64,000 bases of DNA from Rhodothermaceae bacterium (lineage in GTDB: Bacteria; Bacteroidota; Rhodothermia; Rhodothermales; Bin80). Position 1 is the first letter of the stretch; every line of letters begins with the position of its first letter. The translations under genes were made by a program, and so were the position numbers. The notes beneath the pieces are model-generated. The model saw only the letters and a program-made list of their open reading frames with translations. It was not told where the DNA came from and made no database searches. The stretch covers positions 28,837 through 92,836 of the forward strand of contig VXLY01000004.1 in the NCBI GenBank assembly GCA_009841335.1, written 5' to 3'. Positions 36,446 through 48,886 of this stretch are shown piece after piece.

Positions 36446-39400
36446 ATGTTGAAGTTCGTTAATCAATTATTCGGTGATAAGAACCAGCGTGAGATTGATC
36501 GCAAGTATCAACCTGTGGTTGATAAGATACATGAGGCCACTTCTGCGATCAGAGGATTATCGGATGATGATCTGCGTGGCCAAACAAAAGTGTATCGTGA
36601 ACAGATCCAAAATGCAGTAGGTGAAATAGAAGCACGGCAGCAGGAGATTAATGAAGCGCTTCGATTGGGACATACACAGGGGGATGAAGAAGAATATCTT
36701 ACACTAAATGATCGCCAGGACTACTTTGAAGAACTGGATGAATTGGAGGAGGAGTGGTTGGAGGTAGCAGAGGAGACCTTAGACGAAATTCTCCCAAAAG
36801 CCTTTGCAGTCGTAAAAGAGGTTTGTCGAAGATTGACCGATAGGGGTTCGTTGAGGGTGCGAGCCACCGATCATGATCGCGCCATTCGCGCTCGTCGTGC
36901 CTACCCCAACCTACAGGGATCATACGCAATCTGGCCGAATACGTGGGAAGCAGGTGGTGCACAGATCAAGTGGGAAATGATTCCGTACGATGTACAGTTA
37001 CTCGGAGGGGTGGTGCTTCATCGCGGAAACATCGCCGAGATGAAAACTGGAGAAGGCAAGACACTTGTGGCAGTCGCACCGGTCTACCTGAATGCACTCC
37101 TTGGCCGCGGCGTACATCTGATAACGGTGAACCCTTATCTGGCGCAACGGGATGCCGAGTGGATGGGGCCTATTTTTGAATTCCTGGGGTTAACGGTGGA
37201 TGTTATTGATGGATATGATGCACATTCAGGTGGTCGTCGAGATGCCTATCGCGCCGATGTTACCTATGGGACAAATAATGAGTTCGGTTTTGATTACTTG
37301 CGGGACAACTCCTTTGTAATTGATCCCAATCAACTTGTACAGCGAGGTCACCACTTTGCAATCGTGGATGAGGTAGACTCAGTACTTGTGGACGAAGCCC
37401 GAACCCCTCTAATAATAAGTGGTCCGGTTCCGCAGGCTAACAAAAGCCGTTTTGATGAGCTCAAACCAGCTGTTGAACGATTGGTGCAGGCGCAGAAGCG
37501 AATCGTAGCCGGGTGTGTGGCAAAAGCTGAAAAATTTCTCAAGGAACGTGATCTGGCGATTGAAAGGGGCGATGAGAGACAGGCGAAGGAGGTGGAAGGA
37601 AGTGCAGGATTGGAGCTCCTGCGTGCCTCTCGTGGTTTCCCACGTAATAAGCGGCTTATGAAGCTTCTGCAGGAACCTGGGGTTGAGCAGTTGCGGCGCA
37701 AGACGGAGTATTTCTATCTCCAGGACAATGCAAAGAATATGCCCATAGTCGATGGGGCATTACATTATGCACTCGATGAGAAGCAGCACGCTCTGGAACC
37801 CACGGATCAGGGTCGTGAATTTGTTGCACGGGCGGCAGGCGAGGAAGTAGATTTATTTGTGCTTCCTGATGTGGGGGAGGAGACCGTACGCCTGAACCGG
37901 GATTATGAGGATCGGAAGAATCAACTTTATGACTCGCTCAGAGAGCGTGAAGATATCTCTGAGGAGAAGCGGGAGCACAAGCTGCAGAATGACTTGCGTG
38001 TTCTAAAGAATGCACTTGATGAGCAAACACGTAAACTCTATTCAACTTACTCGAATCGTGCGGAGCGATTACACGCAATTGAACAGCTTCTAAAGGCTTA
38101 CACACTGTATGAGCGGGATACCGAGTACATTGTTCAGGATGATAAGGTGCAGATTGTGGACACGCACACTGGGCGGGTGCTCTCTGGTCGCCGTTATTCG
38201 GATGGTCTGCATCAGGCCATTGAAGCCAAGGAAGGCGTGAAAGTACAGGCAGCCACGCAGACGTACGCTACAATTACGCTGCAGAATTACTTCCGTATGT
38301 ACAGCAAATTGGCTGGCATGACCGGTACAGCAGAGACCGAAGCAGAAGAATTCCACAAGATATATAAGATGGATGTGGTGGCAGTGCCGACTAATAGGCC
38401 TATTGCAAGGCAGGATCTGGAGGATCTTGTATTCAGAACAAGACGGGAGAAGTACAGCGCGGTCATTGATAAGATTGAGGAATATCACGACAAAGGCCAA
38501 CCAGTGCTCGTTGGGACTACTTCGGTGGAGGTATCTGAAACATTGAGCCGAATGCTGAGACGTGCACGTATTCGACATAACGTGCTCAACGCCAAGCGTG
38601 ATCGTGCAAAGCAGGAGTCTCTGATTGTAGCGGAAGCTGGCCGGCGAGGTGCGGTCACTATTGCTACAAATATGGCCGGGCGCGGCACAGATATTAAACT
38701 GGGCCAAGGAATTCCAAAACTGGGCGGCTTAGCCATTATCGGGACGGAGCGGCATGAAAGTCGGCGAATAGATTTGCAGCTCAGGGGTCGTTCTGGACGA
38801 CAGGGTGATCCTGGGGAGAGTCAGTTTTATATCTCACTTGAAGACGATCTTATGCGTCTCTTTGGCCCCGACCGGGTAGCGGGCGTCATGGATCGACTCA
38901 AACTTGAGACAGGTGCTGTAATCACGCATCCCTGGGTTACGAAAAGTATCGAGCGTGCGCAGAAAAAAGTTGAGCAGAACAATTTTGCCATTCGTAAACG
39001 GCAGCTTGAGTACGACGATGTGCTGAATGCCCAGCGTGCCGTGATTTACGACCGTCGCACGCATGCGCTGAAAGGAGAGCGTTTCCGCGGAGAAATTCTG
39101 AGCATGCTGCAGAAACTTATACAGCAACTGGTGCAGCGTCATCACGGAGAGGGAGAGGTGGATGAGTTACGAGAGGAATTTCGCAGACTCCTTTCGTTTG
39201 ACTATCAGATTGACCGTAAGCTATTCTTTGATCTAGGTGATGATGGGGTAGCAGAAGACGCCTATAATAAGGCGGTTGCTTACTATGAACGTAAACGTCG
39301 CGCATTGGCCGAACCATTCTTCAATAGCATGAAGACGGTCCTGGAAAGTGATGTGGAGAACAAACCTGAGCGTGCATTTATAGATTTCTCCGATGGACAT

Positions 39401-39922
39401 CGTAAGCTGCGTACGGTTGTTCGTATTGAGGATGTCGTTCAATCAGAGGGGCAGGAGATTAACGATAGCCTTGAGCGAACTGCAATGCTGTCGTTAATTG
39501 ACGAGCATTGGACAGAACATTTGCGCTCACTTGATGAGGTAAAGGAAGGAATCGGACTTCGGGCGTATGGCCAACGGGATCCACTTGTAGAGTACAAGAT
39601 GGAAGCATTCAGGCTTTTTTCGGAGGTCATAGACCAGATTGGTGAAGATGTCGTGACCTTTGTTTTCAGGGCAGGTCCATTGGTTGAGCGCAGGGGCAAT
39701 GGTAGTGTGGGCCAGCGTAGCCGAATGGATCGTAACCGTGCAACAGCCAGACATCAATCGGCCGCCGCCTCCTTCGGTGTTGTCGGATCCAGAAATGGTG
39801 GGGCCCAACGAGACCCAAGCGCCAAACGGAAACCTGTTCTAGTTGGTGAGCATGTGGGAAGGAATTCTTCATGCCCGTGTGGCAGTGGCAAGAAGTACAA
39901 GCATTGTCACGGACGTACCTGA
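36446..39922 (+). CDS. secA: Preprotein translocase ATPase SecA
   Basis: An 1158-aa ORF. Motifs are MKTGEGKTLVA, DEVDSVLVDEARTPLIISG and TNMAGRGTDIKLG. The C-terminal zinc motif is CPCGSGKKYKHCHG. Confidence 0.97.
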   Translation: MLKFVNQLFGDKNQREIDRKYQPVVDKIHEATSAIRGLSDDDLRGQTKVYREQIQNAVGEIEARQQEINEALRLGHTQGDEEEYLTLNDRQDYFEELDELEEEWLEVAEETLDEILPKAFAVVKEVCRRLTDRGSLRVRATDHDRAIRARRAYPNLQGSYAIWPNTWEAGGAQIKWEMIPYDVQLLGGVVLHRGNIAEMKTGEGKTLVAVAPVYLNALLGRGVHLITVNPYLAQRDAEWMGPIFEFLGLTVDVIDGYDAHSGGRRDAYRADVTYGTNNEFGFDYLRDNSFVIDPNQLVQRGHHFAIVDEVDSVLVDEARTPLIISGPVPQANKSRFDELKPAVERLVQAQKRIVAGCVAKAEKFLKERDLAIERGDERQAKEVEGSAGLELLRASRGFPRNKRLMKLLQEPGVEQLRRKTEYFYLQDNAKNMPIVDGALHYALDEKQHALEPTDQGREFVARAAGEEVDLFVLPDVGEETVRLNRDYEDRKNQLYDSLREREDISEEKREHKLQNDLRVLKNALDEQTRKLYSTYSNRAERLHAIEQLLKAYTLYERDTEYIVQDDKVQIVDTHTGRVLSGRRYSDGLHQAIEAKEGVKVQAATQTYATITLQNYFRMYSKLAGMTGTAETEAEEFHKIYKMDVVAVPTNRPIARQDLEDLVFRTRREKYSAVIDKIEEYHDKGQPVLVGTTSVEVSETLSRMLRRARIRHNVLNAKRDRAKQESLIVAEAGRRGAVTIATNMAGRGTDIKLGQGIPKLGGLAIIGTERHESRRIDLQLRGRSGRQGDPGESQFYISLEDDLMRLFGPDRVAGVMDRLKLETGAVITHPWVTKSIERAQKKVEQNNFAIRKRQLEYDDVLNAQRAVIYDRRTHALKGERFRGEILSMLQKLIQQLVQRHHGEGEVDELREEFRRLLSFDYQIDRKLFFDLGDDGVAEDAYNKAVAYYERKRRALAEPFFNSMKTVLESDVENKPERAFIDFSDGHRKLRTVVRIEDVVQSEGQEINDSLERTAMLSLIDEHWTEHLRSLDEVKEGIGLRAYGQRDPLVEYKMEAFRLFSEVIDQIGEDVVTFVFRAGPLVERRGNGSVGQRSRMDRNRATARHQSAAASFGVVGSRNGGAQRDPSAKRKPVLVGEHVGRNSSCPCGSGKKYKHCHGRT

Positions 39923-39938
39923 TCGGGCAGAGAATCTG

Positions 39939-41657
39939 ATGCTGCGTACCCTCTACATTCGGGATTACGCTATCATTGATGAACTTGAGGTTGATTTTGA
40001 AAATGGCCTCAATATCCTGACAGGCGAAACAGGTGCAGGTAAGTCCATATTGATTGGAGCGCTCAAGTTGATGTTGGGTGAGCGTGCCTCCGGTCAAATG
40101 ATCCGCTCAGGTGCAAAAAAAGCAATCGTCGAAGGGGTCTTTGACAATATATCCTCACCGGAACTGGACCAATTTCTCGAAGAGGCTGAGATAGAGTCGC
40201 AGCCCGTACTGATTTTGAGACGGGAAATCACGGAGGCATACAGCCGCGGTTATATCAACGATTCGCCAGCAACGCTCACCCTGATGCGTAAGGTTGCGGC
40301 GCAGATGATTGACCTGCATGGTCAACATGAGCATCAGTCCCTGCTCAAGATTGACACTCATCTGGCATTATTGGACGGCTTTGGTGGACTCGCAGGTCTG
40401 CGCTCAGAATACGAGGACGCCTACAAGTCTGTAAGTGATCTGATTAAACAGCGTGAGAAACTGTTGTCCAATCAGGATAGTCTGGAGGTATTGCGGGAGC
40501 GATTAGCATACGAGATAGAGGAGATTGATGCAGTCTCACCACAGGAGGATGAAGAGGAGGAAATCAGGAATGAAATGCATCGGTTGGCACATGCAGAGCG
40601 TCTCAGCGGATCTGCGGCCTCCCTGTATTCAATGCTCTATGCCGACGACGACTCTGCCACTGATCGGTTGTCTATTGCATACAGTGAGCTTCGTGATCTG
40701 GCGCGGATAGATCATACGTTGGAAGCTGCCTGTGAGGAGATCAATCAGGCGAACATTTCGGTGTCAGAAATCGCAGCAATGCTGCAGAGTTACAGTGAGA
40801 GCATAGAATCAAATCCGGCCAGACTCGAAGAAGTACGCGATCGTTTGGGTGCGCTGGATACATTAAAGCGCAAGTATGGAGGCACCATAAAGGCCGTATT
40901 GGCTTATCGTGAGCAGATTGCAGATGAGTATGCAACTGTTGTTGACTACGACGCCGCTCGTAAGAAAATTGAGCAATCTCTTGCGGATGCACAACGTACA
41001 CTTTCAGATGCGGCACTGCTTTTGTCGACTAGACGTCGAGAGGTTGCCGCACAGGTCGGCGCCACAGTCACAGGGGAGCTTGAATGCCTTGGGATGGTGT
41101 CTGGGCGCTTCAATGTCCGTATTGATAGGCGTCAGGACGCTACAGGCTGGATAACGCTGAAAACTGCGAACCAGCAAAAGGTGCGGTATAAGGCTTACCG
41201 CCATGGGATGGACGATGTAGAGTTCCTGATTACAACAAATGTTGGAGAAGCGCTAAGGCCGCTTGTACGTGTGGCTTCAGGAGGAGAAATCAGCCGCATC
41301 ATGCTGGCAATCAAGCGTGTTTTAGCTGAGGCTGAGCAGTTCTCCATTCTTGTGTTTGACGAAATAGACATTGGAATCAGCGGTTCCATAGCGCGAATGG
41401 TGGGTAAGAGCATGGCGGACTTGGCTCGTCATCACCAGATTATAGCGATTACGCACTTGCCTCAAATTGCAGCTTTGGCAAAGGCGCACTATGTAGTGGA
41501 AAAGCCCGTGGTGAAAGGACGGGCAACTACGCAAATTCGGCGCCTGGGACCTGAGGAATCTCTGGAACATGTGGCTATGTTGATCACCGGAGCTGAGGTT
41601 ACTGATGCGATGCGCCAGAGTGCAAAAGAACTCATGGAAATAAGAAACGAATCTTAA
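39939..41657 (+). CDS. recN: DNA repair protein RecN
   Basis: The start is MLRTLYIRDYAIIDELEVDFENGLNILTGETGAGKSIL. The C-terminal part carries SGGEISRIMLAIK and LVFDEIDIGISG. I placed the start at the internal Met, 17 nt after the secA stop. Confidence 0.93.
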   Translation: MLRTLYIRDYAIIDELEVDFENGLNILTGETGAGKSILIGALKLMLGERASGQMIRSGAKKAIVEGVFDNISSPELDQFLEEAEIESQPVLILRREITEAYSRGYINDSPATLTLMRKVAAQMIDLHGQHEHQSLLKIDTHLALLDGFGGLAGLRSEYEDAYKSVSDLIKQREKLLSNQDSLEVLRERLAYEIEEIDAVSPQEDEEEEIRNEMHRLAHAERLSGSAASLYSMLYADDDSATDRLSIAYSELRDLARIDHTLEAACEEINQANISVSEIAAMLQSYSESIESNPARLEEVRDRLGALDTLKRKYGGTIKAVLAYREQIADEYATVVDYDAARKKIEQSLADAQRTLSDAALLLSTRRREVAAQVGATVTGELECLGMVSGRFNVRIDRRQDATGWITLKTANQQKVRYKAYRHGMDDVEFLITTNVGEALRPLVRVASGGEISRIMLAIKRVLAEAEQFSILVFDEIDIGISGSIARMVGKSMADLARHHQIIAITHLPQIAALAKAHYVVEKPVVKGRATTQIRRLGPEESLEHVAMLITGAEVTDAMRQSAKELMEIRNES

Positions 41658-41663
41658 ACCTAT

Positions 41664-43259
41664 ATGCGTACAACTGCAAGAGATATCCCCCGATTAGTAC
41701 GTGCATACTACACGGAAACACCAAGTGGAGCAGTCACGTTCGGCACCTCGGGCCATCGGGGATCGTCTCTAAGTGGATCTTTTAACGAGTCGCATATTTT
41801 GGCGGTATGTCAGGCGGTCAGTGAACTGCGTCCAGCGGATGGGCCGCTGATCATGGGAATGGACACGCATGCTTTGTCCGAACCTGCCTGTGCTACAGCA
41901 TTGGAGGTATTTGCAGCCAACAATGTGCCTGTGATACTAGGTGAGGGATATGCTCCCACACCGGTAGTTTCGCATGCGGTTCTGGGGTGGAATCGGGATC
42001 GTAAGGAGGGTTTGGCGGATGCCGTGATTATTACGCCCTCGCATAATCCTCCAGAAGATGGAGGCTTTAAGTACAATCCCCCGTCCGGCGGGCCTGCTCC
42101 GAGTAATCTTACAGCTATGATTCAGGAGCGAGCGCGAGCGCTCATGTCGTCTGGGTTACAGGGAGTCAAAAGAGTGTCCTTACAGAAGGCATACAGTGCT
42201 TCCACGACTATGGTAAAGGATCTGATGACTCCGTACGTGGCTGATCTCGCTGCGGTACTAGATATGGAAGTAATTAAGGGTGCGGGCGTACAGATTGGAG
42301 TAGATCCAATGGGTGGAGCTGCAGTTCGTTACTGGGAACCGATTGCCGAGCAATATGGCTTGTCCATAAGCGTTGTTAATGATCAGGTTGATCCAGCTTT
42401 CGAGTTTATGCCGCTGGATCATGATGGTAAAGTGCGTATGGATTGTTCTTCCAGATACGCAATGCGCCGTCTTGTTGATCTTAAAGATCGCTTTGATATC
42501 GCCTTTGGTAATGATCCAGATGTAGATAGGCACGGGATTGTTATTAAAACCAGTGGCCTGTTAAACCCTAATCATTATTTGGCGGTGGCAGGTAAGTATC
42601 TGTTTGAGCACCGTTCGGGCTGGCCAAAGGGTGCCAGTTTCGCCAAGACGCTTGTATCAAGCTCCATGATCGACCGTGTTGCCGAGGATCTTGAAAGAGA
42701 TCTTTTTGAAGTCCCCGTTGGGTTCAAGTGGTTTGTGGACGGGTTACTTGAAGGAAGGTGCGGATTTGCGGGTGAAGAGAGTGCAGGAGCGTCATTTTTG
42801 CGTCGGGATGGGACTGTCTGGACTACGGATAAAGATGGGATCATATTGGCACTTTTATCTGCTGAGATTCTTGCTCGCACAGGACATGATCCAGGGGAGC
42901 ATTACCAATTCCTGACAGAGCGCTTTGGAGAGCCGGCTTATCGGCGGGTTGATGCTCCTGCCACGCCTACTCAAAAGAACGCGCTTTCCAAGTTGTCATC
43001 CGCAAGTGTAACGGCAGATATGCTGGCAGGTGAGACTATTGAGGCCAAGCTAACACGAGCATCCGGCAATGATGCACCCATAGGTGGGCTAAAGGTAATA
43101 ACAGAAAACGGCTGGTTCGCTGCAAGGCCATCCGGCACGGAAGATATCTACAAGATTTATGCTGAAAGCTTTCTGGGAGAATCTCATTTGCTTCAGATCC
43201 TGGAGGAGGCTCAACTCATTGTTGATGATGCACTTTTGATCAGTGATCCACATGAATGA
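41664..43259 (+). CDS. pgm: Phosphoglucomutase (alpha-D-glucose-phosphate specific)
   Basis: A 531-aa ORF. The active-site loop is [22 protein letters not shown], the Mg loop is [11 protein letters not shown] and the sugar loop is GEESAG. Confidence 0.9.
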   Translation: MRTTARDIPRLVRAYYTETPSGAVTFGTSGHRGSSLSGSFNESHILAVCQAVSELRPADGPLIMGMDTHALSEPACATALEVFAANNVPVILGEGYAPTPVVSHAVLGWNRDRKEGLADAVIITPSHNPPEDGGFKYNPPSGGPAPSNLTAMIQERARALMSSGLQGVKRVSLQKAYSASTTMVKDLMTPYVADLAAVLDMEVIKGAGVQIGVDPMGGAAVRYWEPIAEQYGLSISVVNDQVDPAFEFMPLDHDGKVRMDCSSRYAMRRLVDLKDRFDIAFGNDPDVDRHGIVIKTSGLLNPNHYLAVAGKYLFEHRSGWPKGASFAKTLVSSSMIDRVAEDLERDLFEVPVGFKWFVDGLLEGRCGFAGEESAGASFLRRDGTVWTTDKDGIILALLSAEILARTGHDPGEHYQFLTERFGEPAYRRVDAPATPTQKNALSKLSSASVTADMLAGETIEAKLTRASGNDAPIGGLKVITENGWFAARPSGTEDIYKIYAESFLGESHLLQILEEAQLIVDDALLISDPHE

Positions 43260-44637
43260 ACCCTTACGTTTCGGGACGGACGGCTGGCGTGCTGTGATCG
43301 CGCGTGAGTTTACCTTCGCCAATTTGGACCGGCTTGCCCGCGCAACCGCCAGGTGGTTAAAGCAATCCGCCAGAACCTCGCCAACCGTGATCGTCGGTCA
43401 CGATACGCGATTCCTGGGTCGGCAATTTGCTGAGCACGTCGCGAAGACACTTGCGGATGAAGGAGCAGCAGTGATTCTTGCAGGTGGTGTTACGCCTACT
43501 CCGGCCATAAGCTGGGCAACAAAGATGCGCGGGGCAGATGCAGGTGTGGTAATCACGGCCAGTCATAATCCGCCGGAGTACAGCGGATACAAGATCAAGG
43601 CAAATTTCGGGGGATCAGCCACCTCAGAGATGACTGCAGCCGTTGAGGCGGCAGTTGAGCCTTATTCCCCAGATCGTCAAGAGCGTCGTGGAGGCAAGTT
43701 AAGTGAGGAAGATATCACAGGCCAGTATGTGGAATTTCTGGGAACTCGGTTTGATCTGAGATCTATTCATTTGGACATCGTTCATGACCCAATGTATGGG
43801 GCAGGGCAGGGAATACTGTCGACACTGTTAGGTAGTGATTGCGTGACGGAGATACACGGTTCCATCAATCCCAGTTTTGGAGGTATACCGCCAGAGCCGA
43901 TTGAACGTAACCTCCAAGACCTTATGCGTTGTGTGGTGCAGGAAGGTGCTGCGATCGGTATTGCCCATGACGGAGATGCAGATCGAATTGGTGTTGTCGA
44001 TGAACTGGGGTGTACAGTCACCTCTCATATGGTGATGGCGCTGCTGGTCGCGCATCTACACAAGTATCACGGTATGAGTGGTGCGATTGTACGCACTTTT
44101 GCAACTTCTGCGATTCTAGAAAAAATGGGAGTTGCTTGGGGAATCCCTGTAGAGACGTTTCCGATAGGTTTCAAATACGTGACTCCCCGGTTTCTGGAGA
44201 CAGAGGTACTTGTTGGCGGAGAGGAATCAGGAGGTATTGCTGTGGCAGGACATATACCAGAGCGTGACGGCATCTACGTGGGGCTCGTACTTCTGGAAAT
44301 GCTTATGCAACGCGGGAAGTCGCTTACTGCTCTTGTTCAGGAGTTGTTTGACGAGTTTGGACCACACGCTTACTATCGCGCAGATGTGCATGCCGAGCAG
44401 CAGCCCGAGATCATTAAAACCTTGCGTCGCACCGGTGGATTGAATGAAATCGCAGGTCGAAAAGTCCACTCAATGGACACTCTTGACGGGTTCAAGCATC
44501 TGATGAAGGATGCTTGGTTGTTGGTGCGTCCATCGGGAACTGAACCCATACTTCGAATCTATGCAGAGGCTCCTACACGTGAGGGAGCGGAGGAATTGGT
44601 GTATGACACACAAGTTAGGCTTGGACTGAAGGGTTGA
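43252..44637 (+). CDS. Alpha-D-phosphohexomutase family protein (phosphomannomutase/phosphoglucomutase type)
   Basis: Motifs are [39 protein letters not shown] and VRPSGTEP. The ATG at 43252 overlaps the pgm stop (ATGAATGA). Confidence 0.88.
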   Translation: MNEPLRFGTDGWRAVIAREFTFANLDRLARATARWLKQSARTSPTVIVGHDTRFLGRQFAEHVAKTLADEGAAVILAGGVTPTPAISWATKMRGADAGVVITASHNPPEYSGYKIKANFGGSATSEMTAAVEAAVEPYSPDRQERRGGKLSEEDITGQYVEFLGTRFDLRSIHLDIVHDPMYGAGQGILSTLLGSDCVTEIHGSINPSFGGIPPEPIERNLQDLMRCVVQEGAAIGIAHDGDADRIGVVDELGCTVTSHMVMALLVAHLHKYHGMSGAIVRTFATSAILEKMGVAWGIPVETFPIGFKYVTPRFLETEVLVGGEESGGIAVAGHIPERDGIYVGLVLLEMLMQRGKSLTALVQELFDEFGPHAYYRADVHAEQQPEIIKTLRRTGGLNEIAGRKVHSMDTLDGFKHLMKDAWLLVRPSGTEPILRIYAEAPTREGAEELVYDTQVRLGLKG

Positions 44638-44764
44638 TCGAGTTGTCGGTAACTCTTGATGACTCGGATATGAGGCAATAGGTTGGACTCGTTGTGCGGA
44701 TCCTGAAACCACAGCCAGTGCCCTAGTTCTGGTGGTCGTATGGCAAAAGAGACAATTGGAGGGC

Positions 44765-45187
44765 TTAAGAAGAGGTACGGGTGATAATCTTCCGAAGAAA
44801 TTTCCATTCAAAACCATCCTTTAGAGTCTTACAGGCAATGCGAAGTGCTGGAACCCAGATACAAAAAAATATTAAAGGAGAACCCCATGAATCAGGATTA
44901 TGAATCCAGGAAACAATCCCCACAACTATACAGAGCACCCAAAAAACAATGCCTACTTTTGAGGCTCTATTTCCGAGTTCCACCTTCGCAATTAAATCCG
45001 CAGATACAAAAATACTGATGCTGACAACTATAGCTGCAATCGTGACCACTAGAAATTCAGTCCCTCTCTGACCGCGACCAACTTCGCCCAAATATACCCA
45101 CCAACTTAGCAGAGGGTAAACAATGGAAATCAGAAGTCTTCTCGAGTACTTAACAAAGAAGGAGATCATGGTGAATGGTTGAAACAA
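44765..45187 (-). CDS. Hypothetical small integral membrane protein
   Basis: A 140-aa ORF with 3-4 hydrophobic spans (LLISIVYPLLSWWVYL, FLVVTIAAIVVSISIFV, VGIVFWVLCIVVGIVSWI, LIFFCIWVPAL). I recognised no family. Confidence 0.45.
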   Translation of the reverse strand: MFQPFTMISFFVKYSRRLLISIVYPLLSWWVYLGEVGRGQRGTEFLVVTIAAIVVSISIFVSADLIAKVELGNRASKVGIVFWVLCIVVGIVSWIHNPDSWGSPLIFFCIWVPALRIACKTLKDGFEWKFLRKIITRTSS

Positions 45188-45494
45188 CCCCGCCTTGGAG
45201 TACCCACTCTAGTACCAAAGTTACTAACAGTCACGCGCTTTTTGAACAAGCTCATGTCAATGATAAATGCTCCATCTAGGAAGCTAAACCCTTCGGGTTT
45301 TCTCCAGAGATGATGCCGTGGTAAACGACACGCTACAATATATCCATCATAATGTTGAGATGAGGAGCGGCGGCTCACCGGGGGAAGCGAATCCACCATT
45401 CGCCTTAGCATTTGCCCTCAGCCACAACGATAAGTGACATGCAACGAGGTGTTGCATGTTCGCAAAGGCAAATAAACAAATCCGAATCGTTTAG

Positions 45495-46229
45495 TTAGGT
45501 GGCTCCTTGATGAGCTTTGACGAGTGCTGCCATCGAAGTGAATCGGAAATCATAATGGGGCCTTGATGTTGGGGGCATTGTTGCGCCGTATCCATCTTGC
45601 TTCGATCTCCGGTAAATGTGACAACTGGCAATCCCTGCGCGGTTAGCAGGCAGGTGGTCGTGGAACATGCTCTCCGCAGTGTGAAGAATCTCGTCTTTCT
45701 TGATCCCAAGTGTAGCCAGTTGATCAATCATAAAATCAAAATTACGATCCTGAGGTTTGTAACTTCCAATATCCTCGGCTGAATAGATTCCATCAAAGGA
45801 AACGCCAAGTTTTTCGTTGCTCCATGCAAAACTTTCGTTATCAACATTGCTGAGAACGAACAGCCGGTAGTGATCCTTCAAGTATCGCAAAGACTCAACC
45901 GAATCAGAAAATACCGGCCACTCACGTACGGACTGACCATATCGCAAACACTCCTCCCAAGTCACATTGATTTGCCATTGTTCCGCGAGTCGACGATATA
46001 CTACTGCCAAAACATCCTGGTACAATTTAGAGGGCGTGAGAGCTTGCTGATATGACTCGTACCTGGCATGTGTCTCCAGTATTTCATCACGCGAGAGGTC
46101 CCGGCTAACTTGGTCAATCAGGGGCCGTAGAGCATTTGAGATACCCGTTTCCCAATCGATCAAAGTTCCGTAAACATCAAACGTCAGAGCCTTGAATGAT
46201 CGCAACCTGTTCGAACACTCTTTATTCAT
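45495..46229 (-). CDS. HAD-superfamily hydrolase (haloacid dehalogenase type II-like)
   Basis: HAD motif I is LTFDVYGTLIDWE. It also has LSNVDN and SYKP segments in the usual order. Confidence 0.8.
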   Translation of the reverse strand: MNKECSNRLRSFKALTFDVYGTLIDWETGISNALRPLIDQVSRDLSRDEILETHARYESYQQALTPSKLYQDVLAVVYRRLAEQWQINVTWEECLRYGQSVREWPVFSDSVESLRYLKDHYRLFVLSNVDNESFAWSNEKLGVSFDGIYSAEDIGSYKPQDRNFDFMIDQLATLGIKKDEILHTAESMFHDHLPANRAGIASCHIYRRSKQDGYGATMPPTSRPHYDFRFTSMAALVKAHQGAT

Positions 46230-46365
46230 TGCCGAGGAAAATTAAGTGAATGGTTGAAAAAACGCTTCGTAAGAGTACCTGCTTATCTGCCATTTGTTGA
46301 TTCGAAACCTGTTGAAAATTGATGAGTTTCCCCGGCCAGTAGCAGCAATCATCCATTATTGATCA

Positions 46366-48552
46366 ATGAGCAAAACAGCCAGTTGTCCTGTGCAGGGTGG
46401 GAACCACGCGAATGCAAGAAGTTATTCCAATCTGGACTGGTGGCCGAACCAGTTAAATCTCAAGATTCTAGCCCAGAATTCTCCTCAGCTGAATCCCTTC
46501 GGAGCAGATTTTAACTACGCCAGAGAATTTGAAAAATTGGATCTGGATGAGTTGAAAAGTGATATTTACGCCTTGATGACCAAGTCACAGGACTGGTGGC
46601 CCGCAGACTACGGACACTATGGTCCTTTATTCATTCGGATGGCCTGGCATAGTGCAGGGACCTATCGCGTCGGAGACGGGCGTGGAGGCGCATCAGCGGG
46701 TACGCTTCGTTTTGCTCCCCTTAACAGTTGGCCGGACAACGCAAACCTCGACAAAGCACGACGGTTGCTCTGGCCTATAAAACAAAAGTATGGGCGCAGA
46801 ATTTCGTGGGCTGACCTCATGGTGTTAACGGGGAATTGCGCATTGGAATCCATGGGACTCAAGACGTATGGCTTCGCTGGAGGACGCGAAGATGTCTGGG
46901 AACCTGAGGAAGACATTTACTGGGGACCAGAGACCACTTGGCTGGGCGATGAAAGATATACTGGAGATCGCGATCTAGAACACCCATTGGGTGCAGTCCA
47001 GATGGGGCTCATCTATGTCAATCCTCAGGGACCGAACGGTACTCCAGACCCTTTGGCAGCTGCCACGGATATTCGTGAGACCTTTGCCCGTATGGCTATG
47101 AATGACGAAGAAACGGTTGCTCTCATTGCCGGTGGACATACGTTTGGGAAGGCGCATGGAGCCGCGCCAGATAGCGAATATGTTGGTCCCGAACCGGAGG
47201 GAGCCTCCATTGAAGAGCAGGGGCTGGGTTGGAAGAACAGATTTGGGGATGGCAGGGGAGTTCACACGATTACAAGTGGACTTGAAGGAGCCTGGACTAC
47301 AGAGCCTGCAAAATGGGACAGCAATTTTTTTGAAAATTTGTTCGGATACGAATGGAAGCAGGTAGAAAGCCCCGGTGGAGCAAAGCAGTGGACCCCGACT
47401 GAATCATTTGCGAACGGAACAGTACCTGACGCACACGATTCGTCTAGGAGGCATGCGCCGATGATGTTGACGACGGATCTAGCATTGAGAGAAGATCCAG
47501 TCTATGCTTCAATATCGAAAAGATTTCAGGCTAACCCTGATGAGTTCGCCGATGCTTTCGCACGGGCATGGTACAAGCTTACGCATCGGGACATGGGACC
47601 AGTTAGTCGCTATCTGGGACCACTGGTTCCTGATGAGCCGTTGCTATGGCAGGACCCAGTGCCGGAGGCAGACCATGAGTTGATTGATCGTCAAGATATT
47701 GATTCCCTGAAGCTCAGCATATTGGCATCGGGGCTTTCGATTTCAGAGTTGGTTAGAACAGCTTGGGCTTCGGCAGCCTCATTTCGGGGTACTGACAAAC
47801 GCGGAGGAGCTAATGGTGGTCGCCTTTGCCTGGAGCCACAAAAAAACTGGGAGGTCAACAATCCATCCGAGCTCCAACAGACACTTGGTGTTTTACAGAA
47901 AGTTCAGGAGGGTTTCTATGCAGAGCATGATAAAATGGTGTCGCTTGCGGATGTGATTGTTCTGGGAGGCTGTTCAGCAGTCGAGGAGGCCGCCAGGCGC
48001 GCAGGGCATAAGGTTGAAGTTCCTTTTTCACCCGGCCGCACAGATGCAACGCAAGAAGCGACCGATGTAGATTCGTTCGCTGTGCTGGAACCAGTCGCTG
48101 ATGGATTTCGCAATTACATAAAACCGGGGTCACCCCAGTCCGCGGAAAATTTATTGATTGACAGGGCATACATGCTGACGTTGACGGCTGTTGAGATGAC
48201 AGTGTTGATTGGTGGTTTACGCGTTCTGAAGGCAAATTTTGATGGATCCAAGTTGGGTGTGTTTACCGATCGACCGGGGTTGCTCACAAGCGACTTTTTT
48301 GTGAATCTCTTGGATATGGACATTAAGTGGACGCGTTCGGATACAGCCGAGGGCGTCTTTGAAGGACGAGACTATAAAACTGGGGAACTCAAGTGGACGG
48401 GTTCGTCTGTTGATCTGATATTCGGTTCAAATTCACAGCTGCGTGCAATCGCGGAGACCTTTGCCTCCAATGACGCGGATGAGATGTTTGCACAGAAATT
48501 TGCGGAGACTTGGGCAAAGGTGATGAATCTTGACCGTTTCGATCTTCGGTAG
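46366..48552 (+). CDS. katG: Catalase-peroxidase
   Basis: A 728-aa ORF with [34 protein letters not shown] and a duplicated peroxidase fold. Confidence 0.97.
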   Translation: MSKTASCPVQGGNHANARSYSNLDWWPNQLNLKILAQNSPQLNPFGADFNYAREFEKLDLDELKSDIYALMTKSQDWWPADYGHYGPLFIRMAWHSAGTYRVGDGRGGASAGTLRFAPLNSWPDNANLDKARRLLWPIKQKYGRRISWADLMVLTGNCALESMGLKTYGFAGGREDVWEPEEDIYWGPETTWLGDERYTGDRDLEHPLGAVQMGLIYVNPQGPNGTPDPLAAATDIRETFARMAMNDEETVALIAGGHTFGKAHGAAPDSEYVGPEPEGASIEEQGLGWKNRFGDGRGVHTITSGLEGAWTTEPAKWDSNFFENLFGYEWKQVESPGGAKQWTPTESFANGTVPDAHDSSRRHAPMMLTTDLALREDPVYASISKRFQANPDEFADAFARAWYKLTHRDMGPVSRYLGPLVPDEPLLWQDPVPEADHELIDRQDIDSLKLSILASGLSISELVRTAWASAASFRGTDKRGGANGGRLCLEPQKNWEVNNPSELQQTLGVLQKVQEGFYAEHDKMVSLADVIVLGGCSAVEEAARRAGHKVEVPFSPGRTDATQEATDVDSFAVLEPVADGFRNYIKPGSPQSAENLLIDRAYMLTLTAVEMTVLIGGLRVLKANFDGSKLGVFTDRPGLLTSDFFVNLLDMDIKWTRSDTAEGVFEGRDYKTGELKWTGSSVDLIFGSNSQLRAIAETFASNDADEMFAQKFAETWAKVMNLDRFDLR

Positions 48553-48886
48553 GTAGTGCCGAGATCGGAGAATTACTACTCCGACAACTACATAAAGCCC
48601 GAAGACAACTCTGGCCATTAATTATTCACGGTCTGACTGCGGAAGCTACTACGCTGCGGGACCTTTCTGGCAGCATAATGCTGTAGACGGCGTCCAACAT
48701 CGTGAAAAAACACTTGTAGGCAAGGGCGGTGAGACTATTGAGGTAGGTCAGGTCATGAGTTTCCGAATGAAGCCGAACACACCTTACGCGTCTCTGTTCA
48801 GAATACGCGGAATAAACTAGGACAGGTGACGAAACTTAGCGAGCCAGTTATATTCAATAAATCCAAACAACCTATGCCGCAATAAG

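Noticed and set aside
38090-38707. 205-aa minus-strand ORF. Similar long antisense ORFs occur at 16856-17338 and 55547-56050.
   Set aside because: Each lies wholly antisense to a high-confidence gene (secA, rplY and a Gfo/Idh/MocA oxidoreductase respectively) and has no motif of its own.
45166-45411. 81-aa minus-strand ORF upstream of the small membrane protein gene.
   Set aside because: It overlaps the start of the 140-aa ORF, is basic/Arg-rich without motifs, and has no support.
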